Origin: Cenarchaeum sp.
GTDB lineage: Archaea > Thermoproteota > Nitrososphaeria > Nitrososphaerales > Nitrosopumilaceae
DNA: 64,000 nt
Direction of reading: 5' to 3'
NCBI GenBank assembly: GCA_965242695.1
Contig: CBDESU010000002.1
Span: 576,001-640,000 of the forward strand
Of the stretch, positions 1 through 9,756 are shown piece by piece (position 1 is the stretch's first letter; each line of letters opens with the position of its first letter). A program made the position numbers and the translations under genes. The notes under the pieces were generated by a model that saw only the letters and a list, made by a program, of their open reading frames with translations, was not told the DNA's origin and ran no database searches.

Positions 1-221
1 GGACATGCAGGGGCACCTCCTCGCCCGGCAGGGCCCAGGGCGGGCACGCGGCCGTGATCCCTCGAGCATTCACGGGAAGCCGATCGAGGGCTTCCGTATA
101 AACCGTCAGAGGCGGGACAGGGCGCATGGTTCGGGGGCTTACAGCGGCGCAGGCTCCTGCCGGCGGGCGGGCTGCCCGCGTGGCGCGGCGCCGGCACGGA
201 TATATCAGGAGATGCGGCACG

Positions 222-1352
222 ATGCCCATGGCCGGCAGGACAGGCGGGGCGCGGCGGGGCAAAGGCCGCGGAGGCGGCGGGCGGGACGCCCTTGGCGCGC
301 ACCGCGATGCGCTGTACGAAAGGAGGCAGGGCTATGGCGGGGTGGTGCGGACCGCAGAGGCCATGGCCCGCGAGGCGGGGGCCAGGATCAGCGCGATCGT
401 CCTAAAGTCGGACGACCTGCCGGGCGCGCTGAAGGTCTGGACTCCCAGGCGGTACGAGATGGAGATGAAAAGGCGGGGCGGCAAGACGGTGCTCGGCATC
501 GGGAGGAGCGGCGCGCGGCGGGGGCCCCGCGCCGGCCGCCTCCGGGTCGCCATTGCCGAGATGCCGGACAGGCCGGGCTACCATTGCGCCGTAAGCGACT
601 GCGGGCCGGCCGAGTTCGGGGGCGTGTTCGGGGCGTTCATATCCAGGTACACCCCCGAGATATCCAAGCTGTTCCTCACCAACGGGGACATGGCCGGCGT
701 GCTCGCAGGCATAGAGTCGCGGGGGTACGACGTAAGGGTCGAGTACGGCTCGGCGAGGGGGCGGGGGCGGGGCGCCCGCCGCGCCGCCGCGCCGCCCGGC
801 GCCTTCTTTGCGGGGCTCGACGGCGAGGCGAGGGCGGCCCTCACGGTGGGGTTCGCCGCCGTTCCAAGCGGCTCCGGCGAGGGCGGCCACCGAGCCGGGT
901 GGCGCGGCACCATCTCTCGCGACTGCCGCTTTTCGGCATCGTCGGACGCGGAGATCATGTTCAGGACGGCAGTGCCGAGGGCTCTCAGCCTGCCGCTCGG
1001 CCGCGACCGCCTCATGGAGGCGAGCGCCGAGAGCGCTGGAAGCGGCAGGTCCGAGCCGACGGTCCTTAGGTTCGGCAGGAGGGTCTTCGGGTGCGGGGAC
1101 AGGAACCGGCGCTGCGCGGAGATGATTGCAAAGATGGCGGACAGCTCCGTCAGCCTGTACAATGTGGACTCGCACATGCACCTGTCGCTTGTCGACTACA
1201 TGGACGGATCGTCGTACGACCTGTGGGCGGTGACCAGCGACAGGCTCGTGATAATACCGCAGATCAGGGCGAGCGGCGCGTCCATGAGGAGGCTCGTCAA
1301 CCACGTGTTTGAGGGCATGGGCGAGGGGAGCATCGAGAGGTACGAGCCCTGA
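222..1352 (+). CDS. conserved hypothetical protein
   Basis: Long ORF with a globular C-terminal half (HLSLVDYMDGSSYDLWAV...IIPQIRAS...RLVNHVFE); TATA-like GATATATC at ~199; start uncertain. Confidence 0.7.
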   Translation: MPMAGRTGGARRGKGRGGGGRDALGAHRDALYERRQGYGGVVRTAEAMAREAGARISAIVLKSDDLPGALKVWTPRRYEMEMKRRGGKTVLGIGRSGARRGPRAGRLRVAIAEMPDRPGYHCAVSDCGPAEFGGVFGAFISRYTPEISKLFLTNGDMAGVLAGIESRGYDVRVEYGSARGRGRGARRAAAPPGAFFAGLDGEARAALTVGFAAVPSGSGEGGHRAGWRGTISRDCRFSASSDAEIMFRTAVPRALSLPLGRDRLMEASAESAGSGRSEPTVLRFGRRVFGCGDRNRRCAEMIAKMADSSVSLYNVDSHMHLSLVDYMDGSSYDLWAVTSDRLVIIPQIRASGASMRRLVNHVFEGMGEGSIERYEP

Positions 1353-1380
1353 CCGGGGGCGGCGGACCGCGGCGCGCATG

Positions 1381-2081
1381 CTAGCCGCCGGCGACCATCT
1401 CGCTCCAGCGTTCCGGCACGATCAGGTCCTTCTTCAGGAGCGAGTCGGCCAGGCGGCGGCGGACCGCGGCGTCCTCGAAGGCTCCGCCCGCGCCGGAGCG
1501 ATCCGCCTCCTCCGGGTAGGTGTCGTAGATGAGAAACGCCACCTCGTCCGCGGTCATCTTGTCGTAGAGCATGCGTATCACGTCGACGGCGGTGAGCAGG
1601 CTGGCAAGCTTGCCGTCCGGCCCTGCCTCGGCCGCCCTTTCGTCGAACATCCTCCTGCCGCCTCGGTCAGGCGCAGCCTGCCGGCGGGGTCGAGCTCGTA
1701 CGCGCCTGCTCGGCCGGCCGGCTTGGACGATGCCTCCCGGAGGCGGTCAGAGTAGGGGCCGTCTCGGCTGCGCTCAAAGCGGATCAGGGGGCGGAACTTT
1801 GGGTTGACCTGGGCTAGCATGAACATCTCGGCCTGGAGGTGCGAGGGTGACGGCATCGGGTTCGCCGACGGCCCGAGCAGCAGTATGATCAGGTCCTCGA
1901 GAGACTTTGGGATGCGCTCCCGGTGCGCGGCCGGCGGGGACCCTGCCGCCCGTTCCCGTCCCGGCCGCCAGGGAATGCCCTGCCCCGCATCTTCGCCCAA
2001 CGCCTCCCGCCCCGCCGGCCGTATAATTTCGTTATGGGCGGCGGCAGGCTGCTCGGCCATCTGTAATATACGGGCGCGCAT
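1381..2081 (-). pseudogene. YwgA/SocA(Panacea)-like winged-helix protein, frameshifted
   Basis: ORF 1578-2081 (LIILLLG..HLQAEMFML..F....DGPYSDRL..LRLTEA) continues in ORF 1381-1650 (GRRMFDE..IYDTYPE) if one base is restored at ~1660; start uncertain. Confidence 0.65.
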
Positions 2082-2095
2082 GCCGCCGCAGGAGT

Positions 2096-2695
2096 ATGGC
2101 GCGGCGCGAGGACGGGGAGTGGGGGGTGCGAGACCTCGGGAACGGCGCCTTTGGCCTCCCGGACGGGTCCGTCGCGTACACTTGGAAGCGGGCCGTCGAA
2201 GAGTCCAAGAGGATCAGGGCGTCCGAGTACACGGCAACCGACGTGATCCTGCTCGTGCTGTCGTCGCCGCAGGACGGCCCGATCGTCGGCCGCGCGAGGC
2301 TCTTCAAGGAGCTGTTCCTCTTCGAGAGGGAGGCGCTCGCCGGCGAGAACGTCGAGGACTGCCATTTCGTGCCGTACTATCGCAGGCCGCACAGTTTTTA
2401 CCTGGCGCTCAAGATCCGCGAGATGGCAAGGGTGGGGATCGTCGAGATTTCGGGAAGCGGGGCGTCCGCGGCGTACTCGCTGACCCAAAAGGGCCTCAGG
2501 CAGGCAAGGAAGAGGCGCCGGACAGTGCCCGCCGGCGTGGACGCCAAGATAAGGCGGTTCAGGGAGGGCATCGACGGGCGCGGGGCGGCAAAGTCGCTGA
2601 GGGCCGCGTTCCGCAGGCCCGAGTACGCAGAGTACGCGCCAAGGACCAGGGTGGCGCACCGCTACAGGGCCATCACATGGGGGCGCGGGGTGTAG
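2096..2695 (+). CDS. YwgA/SocA-like winged-helix protein (putative antitoxin)
   Basis: ILLVL..PIVGRARLFKELFL..FVPYYRRPHS..YSLTQKG pattern. Confidence 0.65.
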   Translation: MARREDGEWGVRDLGNGAFGLPDGSVAYTWKRAVEESKRIRASEYTATDVILLVLSSPQDGPIVGRARLFKELFLFEREALAGENVEDCHFVPYYRRPHSFYLALKIREMARVGIVEISGSGASAAYSLTQKGLRQARKRRRTVPAGVDAKIRRFREGIDGRGAAKSLRAAFRRPEYAEYAPRTRVAHRYRAITWGRGV

Positions 2696-2820
2696 CCCCC
2701 GGGCGGGTCGGCGTTCTGGGCATGGGCCGGCGCCGGCAGGCATGTCATGTCGGGCAGCATGCCCCTACTACAGATACCACGCCGTCCAGAATATGGTCTC
2801 CCCCAGCGGCACCTTGGGGA

Positions 2821-3317
2821 TCACCTTTCGAGTCCTTCCCGCCCAAGCAAGGCGGCCAGGTCGATGCAGGGGATGTCGTAGTGCCGTGCGGCGAACGGGA
2901 TCTTTGTAGGCCTGTCGGGGCTGTTTGCCTCTTCCGTGACGACGACCGGCGCATGTTCGGACAGCCCGCGCCTTCGTAGCACCACGGCAAGCGCGATCGC
3001 GTGCGGATCGGCGTCGACCTGCTCTTGTTTTTGTTCAGTAGTGGAAATTTGCCGCTGATTTGGGCCACGAGGCCGAGCATTTCCCTGTCCGGCTCGAAAA
3101 AAATCTGCGGGCGGTCGTTGATCCACGACAAGAGATCGTCCTGCCTTGCCGATATCTCGTCGTAGACTATGCTGGGCGATGTCACCAGACCTCGGTCAAT
3201 GAGTCCATTCATCCCAGCCCAAGTTCCTTCGCTGTGTCTCCTAGGGTAGTTTCTGAACAGCGCTATCCACGAGCTGGTATCGACTACATACAGTTCGCCG
3301 CATGGCTCGTCATTCAC
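2821..3317 (-). pseudogene. DUF4411 family PIN-domain protein, frameshifted
   Basis: N-part YVVDTSSWI..VYDEI (2745-3317 frame) and C-part DADPHAIALA..VVTEE..KIP (2821-3126 frame); one base missing at ~3025-3035. Confidence 0.85.
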
Positions 3318-4524
3318 CCACCCCCACCTTTTTGCAGAGGCCGTCGAGGTGCTTGAGGTCTATGTCGAGGTAGTCGCCAAGATCAAGGGCCGTAATGGCC
3401 CCCCTTTCATGCGACGAGACGGCGAGCCTGATGAACTTTCGGCCCATTCGCGATATAAGAATGACCGGGTACTGCGGCCCGCCTTTTTCCTCTTCCTCTT
3501 CCTCTTCCTCTTCCTCGCCTTCGTCCTTGGGCTTTTGCCTGCGGCTGTGGTGCCCCGCCACGCCGTTGAGGACGCCGCCGTACGCGGTACGGTGCCTGCC
3601 GCCCGGCATGTCGGCGGCTCTGACCGCCGCAGCGTACCTGCTCACCTTGAACCTTCTAGCAAGATCCTTGACGATCTCGAACGGGTCGTCCGACTCCCCC
3701 TCAAGCCTCTTGCGCTCGGCGGCGAACTCGGCCCCCGGCATCAAGAAGGAGGCGGCAAAGCGGTTGCACCACATCTCCGCCCGCTTCCTGTCCGAGTCCA
3801 AGCGCGCCGTTCCGTGCTCGTCGCAGACGCCGCCCATGCCAAGCAGGATGTGGCCGTACTCGTGCAGCAGGGTAAAGGCCTTGGCCTGGTCAATGTCCTT
3901 TGAGTTGACCAGTATTGCGCGCGGGTCGGTGTCCGCCAGGGACAGCCCGCACACGCCTTCCGTGGCCAGCGGGTACTGGAACACGAATATGTTCAGCCCC
4001 TCGATCGCCCTGCGAAGCATCCCGTACATGTCACGAGACGATCCCCCGACAGGCCCGTCGAGGCTCCCCGCCACCGCAAGCCTGGCCCGCTCCGCGCGCG
4101 CCGTCTCCTCGGCGGAATCGTCCACGGTGACCCCCGCGGGGATGTCCGGCCCGGCGGCAATGCCGCGGGCGTCCATCATCTCCCCTGCGGCGGACTGCAT
4201 GTAGCGCACGCGCCTGACTGTGGGCAGGTCTCCGGCATCCAGCCTTTCCGGGGCGTTGCGCATCATCCTAAAGTCTGGCAGGTGCTCGCGTTCGGGCGGA
4301 ACCGTGCTGAGGAGCAGGTTCTCGGACATTTTTACGCACTTGGCCAAGGCCCTCACCATCGTGTACTCAATTTTGCCGGTGCTGGCCCAGTCGTCGACTC
4401 GCATCCTGTCGACCCCCAGCTTCCGCGCTATGGTGTCGTGATCCATGCCGCTGCTCTCGATGATCGACCTTACGACGAGCGGCTTGAGCTGCAGCCCAAT
4501 GCGGGGCGTGCGGGGAGCCATCAA
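3310..4524 (-). CDS. XRE-HTH + ImmA/IrrE Zn metallopeptidase (COG2856), copy 1
   Basis: N-terminal HTH, LPDFR, FTLLHEYGH, EMWCNRFAASFLMP; overlaps the DUF4411 gene. Confidence 0.9.
   Translation of the reverse strand: MMAPRTPRIGLQLKPLVVRSIIESSGMDHDTIARKLGVDRMRVDDWASTGKIEYTMVRALAKCVKMSENLLLSTVPPEREHLPDFRMMRNAPERLDAGDLPTVRRVRYMQSAAGEMMDARGIAAGPDIPAGVTVDDSAEETARAERARLAVAGSLDGPVGGSSRDMYGMLRRAIEGLNIFVFQYPLATEGVCGLSLADTDPRAILVNSKDIDQAKAFTLLHEYGHILLGMGGVCDEHGTARLDSDRKRAEMWCNRFAASFLMPGAEFAAERKRLEGESDDPFEIVKDLARRFKVSRYAAAVRAADMPGGRHRTAYGGVLNGVAGHHSRRQKPKDEGEEEEEEEEEEKGGPQYPVILISRMGRKFIRLAVSSHERGAITALDLGDYLDIDLKHLDGLCKKVGVGE
3488..3516. repeat. (TCTTCC)n microsatellite encoding poly-Glu
   Basis: tcctcttcctcttcc... 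visible within the ImmA C-terminus. Confidence 0.85.
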
Positions 4525-4798
4525 GGGCGTGCCGTTTCGCGCCTTTATGTCTCAAACGGATCACAGAATCGGGGGCGTCCCTGGCCTTTGGCGTCGACGG
4601 CGGGCCGATAGGGTGTGGGCGGCCCCCGTATGCGCTAGTGCGGCTCGGCTGGCAGGGCGCTTTTCAGGACAACGTGGCCGCCCCTGCCATTCTCGCGCAC
4701 ACCGCGCTCTCCCCCGCCCGCCCGCTGCGCGCGCCGGCGGGTCGCTCATTCCGGCGGCGTATGGATATTGCCCGCAGTCCGGCGCGCACTCAGGGCCG

Positions 4799-5602
4799 TC
4801 ATGAACCGCCACCCGGCACGGGAGGCATCCCGAGCGCGGCCCGCATCCTCCTCCTGTCGCGCGAGCCAAGGCTGCGCGCGGCCGGGTACCTCCCGATCGT
4901 CCTCCCGCCCACGAGCCGCCCGCCTGCCTTTGGCGTCCGCCCGCCCCACTGCTTGAAGAAGACGGGGACGCCGTCCCGCCTGCACTGGGCCATCAGGCCG
5001 TCGACCCACTCGCGGGCCATGGGCCGGTGCCGCGGGCCGCTCTCGCCGCCGATGATGGCCCAGTCGATCCCCCTCAGCGACCTCGGGCGGATGTTCTCGA
5101 GCAGCGGCTCGAAGCTTACGAACCGCATCCGGCAGCGCACCCCGAGCAGCTCGCCTATGCGGTGCGCCGCCGCGTTGTCCTCTACGCTCGTGCCCATCCA
5201 TATGTGCGGCGGCACGGGCAGGCCGTAGTGCGCCTCGAACATGCGCGAGAACTCGGCCATGCGGGCGGGGCGCTTTGTGAGGACCTGGTAGGTGTGCCAG
5301 TCTGCCCGCAGCATGGTGTGGAAGCACCTCCCGACGAACGCATAGTCCGCATTCTCGTGGAACAGGTCGGACATGCTGTTGACGAATATGCGGCGAGGCT
5401 TCTTCCAGCGCAGCGGGACGTCGACGTCGGCCTCGTGCTCGGCGTACTCGAAGTTCTTCGCGTACTTTTTCTGGCCCATGGCCCTTAGGCGGTTCGAGAG
5501 GCGCTCGGCGTAGCAGTTCTTGCAGCCGGCCGAGACCTTTGAGCAGCCGGTCGTCGGGTTCCATGTCGCCTCGGTCCACTCGATGGAGGATGTGGTGGCC
5601 AA
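4799..5602 (-). CDS. DUF5131 (phage Gp37/Gp68) radical SAM protein, copy 1
   Basis: IEWTEATWNPTTGCSKVSAGCKNCYA, IFVNSMSDLFH, LTKRP, RFVSFEPL, IIGGESG, FFKQWGG; TTG start inferred. Confidence 0.93.
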   Translation of the reverse strand: MATTSSIEWTEATWNPTTGCSKVSAGCKNCYAERLSNRLRAMGQKKYAKNFEYAEHEADVDVPLRWKKPRRIFVNSMSDLFHENADYAFVGRCFHTMLRADWHTYQVLTKRPARMAEFSRMFEAHYGLPVPPHIWMGTSVEDNAAAHRIGELLGVRCRMRFVSFEPLLENIRPRSLRGIDWAIIGGESGPRHRPMAREWVDGLMAQCRRDGVPVFFKQWGGRTPKAGGRLVGGRTIGRYPAARSLGSRDRRRMRAALGMPPVPGGGS

Positions 5603-5783
5603 GGCTAGCGCCGGCCTCCCTGCGGCGGGGCGCAGCCGGGCGGCGCCGGCCGGGGGCCCGCCCCGGAGCCGCGGCGCCCTGCCGGGTGCGCCGCCGCCGT
5701 CCTCGGCGCTGCCGCCTTGCTCTGCGCACGGCGCCCGGCCGGGCCCGCACATACCCGCGATGCCTGCTGCGGTTTACGCTCGA

Positions 5784-6635
5784 TCATTTCTTGTTGGCAC
5801 CCCCCCCTTCGCTAGCCGATGCGCCGCCCCGCCCTGCCCCGGGCGGCAGGACCGCCCTCTTTATCCCCTGCAGCATGGCGTCGATGCCGTCACGGTACAC
5901 CGTATCGACGCCCATCCTGCCCAGCAGTGCCAGGGTGTCGCGGACGTCCGGCACGACCGCGGCTGCAGCGGCGTCCTGCTCGTCCTGCGCCGTGCACATG
6001 GCAAAGGAGGGGCCAAGGCCGGACCACCGGCGGATTGCGTGTACCTCGAAGAGCCTCGCCATGACTATGCGAGGCAGGTCCGGCGCGTCCAGCGACGCGG
6101 CGAACAGCGCCGTATGCGGCTTGCCGCCCCCGAGGAACACGCGGGGAAACCGCACGGCGAGGCGGCCCCCCAGGCCGAACTCGTGATTCCTGCTGTGGCA
6201 TTCCCGCGGAAACCCCGCCCGCGTAATCCTCTCGTCGAGCAGCGCGTAGGTCCCGCCGTTCCACCCGTCCACCTCGGCGCCGAGCGGGGGCAGGCCCACC
6301 TCGGCCGAGTATATCCAGTCCAGGGCCTCCCTGTGCGCCGCAAAGTGCGACAGTATCCTCGGCGGCGTCACCACGATGCTGTCGCGGAACTGGCTCTCCA
6401 CCAGGTCCCGCAGGTAGCCGCGCTTGACCGTGAACGGGCCCTGCACGGTCGCCTCGTCCCTGCCGGGGTCGTACCTAAAGCCCGTCCTGCGGCGCACCTC
6501 TGGCCAGTTGTCGGTGATCTTCCTGAATGCCATGCCCCCGTCGGGATCGTACAGGATCACGCCTATGTTGAGGGTGTCGTGGTGCGTCGGGCTGTGCGGC
6601 ACGACCACGATCGTCGAGAATTCGAAGCTTGGCAT
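5784..6635 (-). CDS. DUF3037-domain protein, copy 1 (orphan)
   Basis: FEFSTIVVVP...LNIGVILYDP N-terminus; TATA CTTTATAC ~25 nt upstream; paralog of 16269-17081. Confidence 0.75.
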   Translation of the reverse strand: MPSFEFSTIVVVPHSPTHHDTLNIGVILYDPDGGMAFRKITDNWPEVRRRTGFRYDPGRDEATVQGPFTVKRGYLRDLVESQFRDSIVVTPPRILSHFAAHREALDWIYSAEVGLPPLGAEVDGWNGGTYALLDERITRAGFPRECHSRNHEFGLGGRLAVRFPRVFLGGGKPHTALFAASLDAPDLPRIVMARLFEVHAIRRWSGLGPSFAMCTAQDEQDAAAAAVVPDVRDTLALLGRMGVDTVYRDGIDAMLQGIKRAVLPPGAGRGGASASEGGGANKK

Positions 6636-6979
6636 TGCCGGCCGCGAACGGGGCGCCGTATAAAGGCCGGGGGCGGCGGCCGGGGCGGCAGAGGCGGAAG
6701 AGGCCGCGAAAAAGCCCCTGGCGGGGCGCATCTAGGCTCGGGCCGCGGCGGCCCCAAGCAGGCGAGGGGTTGATCTCAAGCGCGCGCCACACATTTATGG
6801 CCGCCCCCCGGCCCTCGCCGCATGCGCCAAAAGACATCTAGGGCCGCGGCGGCATGTCCTCGCGGGGCCGGCGGCGCGGGCGGGACGCGCGGGGGCTTGT
6901 GGATATGTGCGGGGCCGCGCGGGGGATCCCGGCGGGCCGCATCGGTGCGCCCGCGGCGCAGCGGAGGCGCGACGGCATA

Positions 6980-7498
6980 ATGGTGTCCGAGGCGGTTGCA
7001 CTGGGGATAGTCAGCATCGGCATTGCGGTCGGCCTGAGCGCCTACTGGAGGATCAAGGACAACGCGGACAGGAGGAGGCGCGACGCCCTCTTTGTGGACA
7101 GGATAGTCGAGAACGTCGGCAAGATGGCCCAGTACTTTTTGGACGTGGAGACGGAGACCGTGCGCAACGAGGAGCGCGAGGCGTCGGCAGAGAGGATGGT
7201 CAGGTCGCTCGGCTCGTTCTACCGCAGGAACGGGCGGGAGATGAGGGACATCCTCTACCAGACAAGGCTGTACCTGCCGTTCTGGTCGGACCTGCCGCCG
7301 GAGGGCAGGAAAGAGGCCGACTGCGTGCTCGACATGTTCTCGTGGCTGGTGTACGGCTACTACCAGCAGGCGCTGCCCGAGCAGCTGCGCCGGATCGTCG
7401 TGGTCAATTCCCGCGGGGCGCTCCTAGAGAAGAAGGCAGGCGTTGTGGAGGCCGCGGACAGCCTGCTCCGCCGGTACGGGGCGCAGCGGGCAGGATAA
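6980..7498 (+). CDS. hypothetical membrane-anchored protein
   Basis: N-terminal TM helix VALGIVSIGIAVGLSAYW followed by a helical domain. Confidence 0.7.
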   Translation: MVSEAVALGIVSIGIAVGLSAYWRIKDNADRRRRDALFVDRIVENVGKMAQYFLDVETETVRNEEREASAERMVRSLGSFYRRNGREMRDILYQTRLYLPFWSDLPPEGRKEADCVLDMFSWLVYGYYQQALPEQLRRIVVVNSRGALLEKKAGVVEAADSLLRRYGAQRAG

Positions 7499-7587
7499 GG
7501 GACGGCTCGGCAGGACTTGGCCTGGCGGAACCCGCCGCCGGCCGGGCTGCGGGGCCCGGCGGCCCGGGCCGCCAGAAGCCCGGCGGG

Positions 7588-7836
7588 TCACCATCCGTCC
7601 TCTACCCCGTGGTTCAGCCAGTGCATGGGCCGGAGGTTGGACATGTCGTCGCCGCCGCCCCTGCGCGGCGGGACTATGCGATCGACCTCCCAGCCGTACT
7701 CTTCCCGCCTGCCGTACTTGCTCCACTTGATGAGGGCGTGAAACGCGTCCAGGCGCCACTCGGACTTGTCCCAGTTGGGCGGCGGAGTATCCGCCTTTTC
7801 CCAGATCTGCCGAAGCTTCTCCTCCGCGTAGGGCAC
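7588..7836 (-). CDS. small HNH endonuclease-like protein (possibly inactive)
   Basis: IWEKA..R.DAF..I....YG....YGWEVDRIVP...GGGD..SNLRPMHWLN; Arg replaces the catalytic His of DH. Confidence 0.75.
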   Translation of the reverse strand: MPYAEEKLRQIWEKADTPPPNWDKSEWRLDAFHALIKWSKYGRREEYGWEVDRIVPPRRGGGDDMSNLRPMHWLNHGVEDGW

Positions 7837-8062
7837 GGGGGGCGGCAGGAGGGTGCGGCCATAATTGTTTGGGATGCCACGGGGGCGGCCGGCTTGAAAC
7901 GGGGGCGGGGAGGGAGTGCCGAGGCAGCGGCGCAGGCGTCGGAGGCGGGCTGCGGCAGGGGCCTCATATCCACAATCGCACGGCCTTTTTCACCGCATAT
8001 CCCGAAGGCGGGCAGCGGACGGCGCGGAACGCCCAAATACCGCCCCCGCCCCCGCCCCCCGC

Positions 8063-9580
8063 ATGTTTCCGCGCGAAGAGGTCCCCCGCCTGGTAAGGGA
8101 GGCCCTCTTGTCTGCCGGGAAGGCCCTGCCCGAGATCGCGGCGGGGAGGCGCGGCGGGAGGATGCCTGCCGGCGATCCCGCGCAAGAGAGGCACGCCGAA
8201 AGGAGCGTCTGGCACACCAAGGAGTCGATCGACGAATATGTCGCCACCCGCCTCAAGCTGCGCCGGTCCGCATGGGACGGCAGGCGCACGGGCAACGACC
8301 TGCAGGATGCGACGTCCCGCGAGCTGCGGCGCCTCCGCAAGACGGGCAAGCTCGTCGGCTGGGGGAGGCGCCTGAACATCTGCCGCCTTGCCGACGGCCA
8401 CGGCCTAGAGGCGCAGGAGCGGTCCATGTCCGCCGGCGAGCGGCCCCCCGAGCCGCCCGAGGCGCGCTGGCGGAGCAGCCGCTGCACCGACAAGGATCGC
8501 ATGGACATGTTCATGTGGATACTCGGGCACGGCTCAAAGGACAACACGTACAAGTTCGCCATGGCAAGGGCGCTGATCGAGCTGTGCGGCGAAAGGGATC
8601 CCGGCGAACGCGGGCCGCTCGTCATAGAGTACAGGGAGTTGGCCGGTAGGTTCCTGCGGTACTACTGGCGGCAGGTGTGCGTCTTCCGCATAAGGCAGCA
8701 CCACCACCCCAAAAGGGAGGCAAAGGTGGTCAGGGCCATTCTCGACGTGTGGGGGTCGGAGACGGATGGCGGGAGTGGGAACAAGCCAAAGGGCCTCGGG
8801 GCGGTCGATGACTTTGACCAGCTGGACAAGCGCGACGTGAAGTCGGTCACCGACACGATACTGCGCGAAGTCTTTGGGAGCGAGCGGTCCAAAAAGGGGA
8901 TCGTCGTGCCCAGGTTCCAAAAGGTCAAGATCGGGCGGTGGCACGAGGTGGTCAAAAAGTTCTACGACTACGACGACAAGCGGCGGGTGATCACCGTGAG
9001 GGAGGACGCCCGCAGGTTCTTTGAGAAAAACCGCGCCATACTGCTCGACGAGGTGACCTTTGTCTGGGCAAAGTACCTTGAGGCGGCCAACGGAGGGCTC
9101 CCCGGCCTGCTCGCAAAGGTCGAGGCGGCAAAGACCAGGCCGCGCCGGAACGCAGCCGCCATGAAGGCGGCCCGGGAAGAATTCCTGGCTAGCAAGGAGG
9201 AGTGCTTTTACTGCGGGTGCAAGCTGGACAAGGGGACGATAGAGGCGGACCACTTCATACCGTGGTCGTTCATATTCGACGACCAGATGTGGAACCTTGT
9301 GCCTTCGTGCGGCTGCTGCAACGGCCGCAAGGGCGGCATGCTGCCCGACGAGGATGCCTATGTCATGCTGCTGGAGCGCAACGGGCGGCACGCCGGCGGC
9401 ACGGGGCGCATCTCCGAGTCGCTCGGCCTGCTCGGCCGCGGGGGCGGCGGCTGGAAGAGGGAGATGCGCGCCCGCTACGACATGTGCAGGGACTATCGGT
9501 TCGGCACCGTGGCGATCGGCGAGTTGTGCGGGGGGCGGCGGGGGGATCCATGCCGCGGCAGGGGCAGCGCAGGGCCGTAG
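8063..9580 (+). CDS. HNH endonuclease with N-terminal HTH-like and NTYKFA domains (McrA-like)
   Basis: CFYCG..EADHFIPWS..DQMWNLVPSCGCCNGRKG; SKDNTYKFAMARALIEL. Confidence 0.88.
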   Translation: MFPREEVPRLVREALLSAGKALPEIAAGRRGGRMPAGDPAQERHAERSVWHTKESIDEYVATRLKLRRSAWDGRRTGNDLQDATSRELRRLRKTGKLVGWGRRLNICRLADGHGLEAQERSMSAGERPPEPPEARWRSSRCTDKDRMDMFMWILGHGSKDNTYKFAMARALIELCGERDPGERGPLVIEYRELAGRFLRYYWRQVCVFRIRQHHHPKREAKVVRAILDVWGSETDGGSGNKPKGLGAVDDFDQLDKRDVKSVTDTILREVFGSERSKKGIVVPRFQKVKIGRWHEVVKKFYDYDDKRRVITVREDARRFFEKNRAILLDEVTFVWAKYLEAANGGLPGLLAKVEAAKTRPRRNAAAMKAAREEFLASKEECFYCGCKLDKGTIEADHFIPWSFIFDDQMWNLVPSCGCCNGRKGGMLPDEDAYVMLLERNGRHAGGTGRISESLGLLGRGGGGWKREMRARYDMCRDYRFGTVAIGELCGGRRGDPCRGRGSAGP

Positions 9581-9756
9581 CCGTGCCGGCGGCGCCGCGG
9601 TTTCGGGGAACGTGGCTACACCGCAGGCCCCGTCAAGGCTTGGACGCTCCCGGCCCCCGCGTACCGTGGCCGTGTGCGGCGTGCCCGACAGAATTCGCTT
9701 CTCCCCAGTGACCTGTGCTGCCCGAGGCGGCAGGCGGCAGGCCTGCGCTGCCGCGC

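Noticed and set aside
4799-5602. Prophage, based on the 'phage Gp37/Gp68' family name
   Set aside because: No capsid, terminase, portal or integrase genes in the window.
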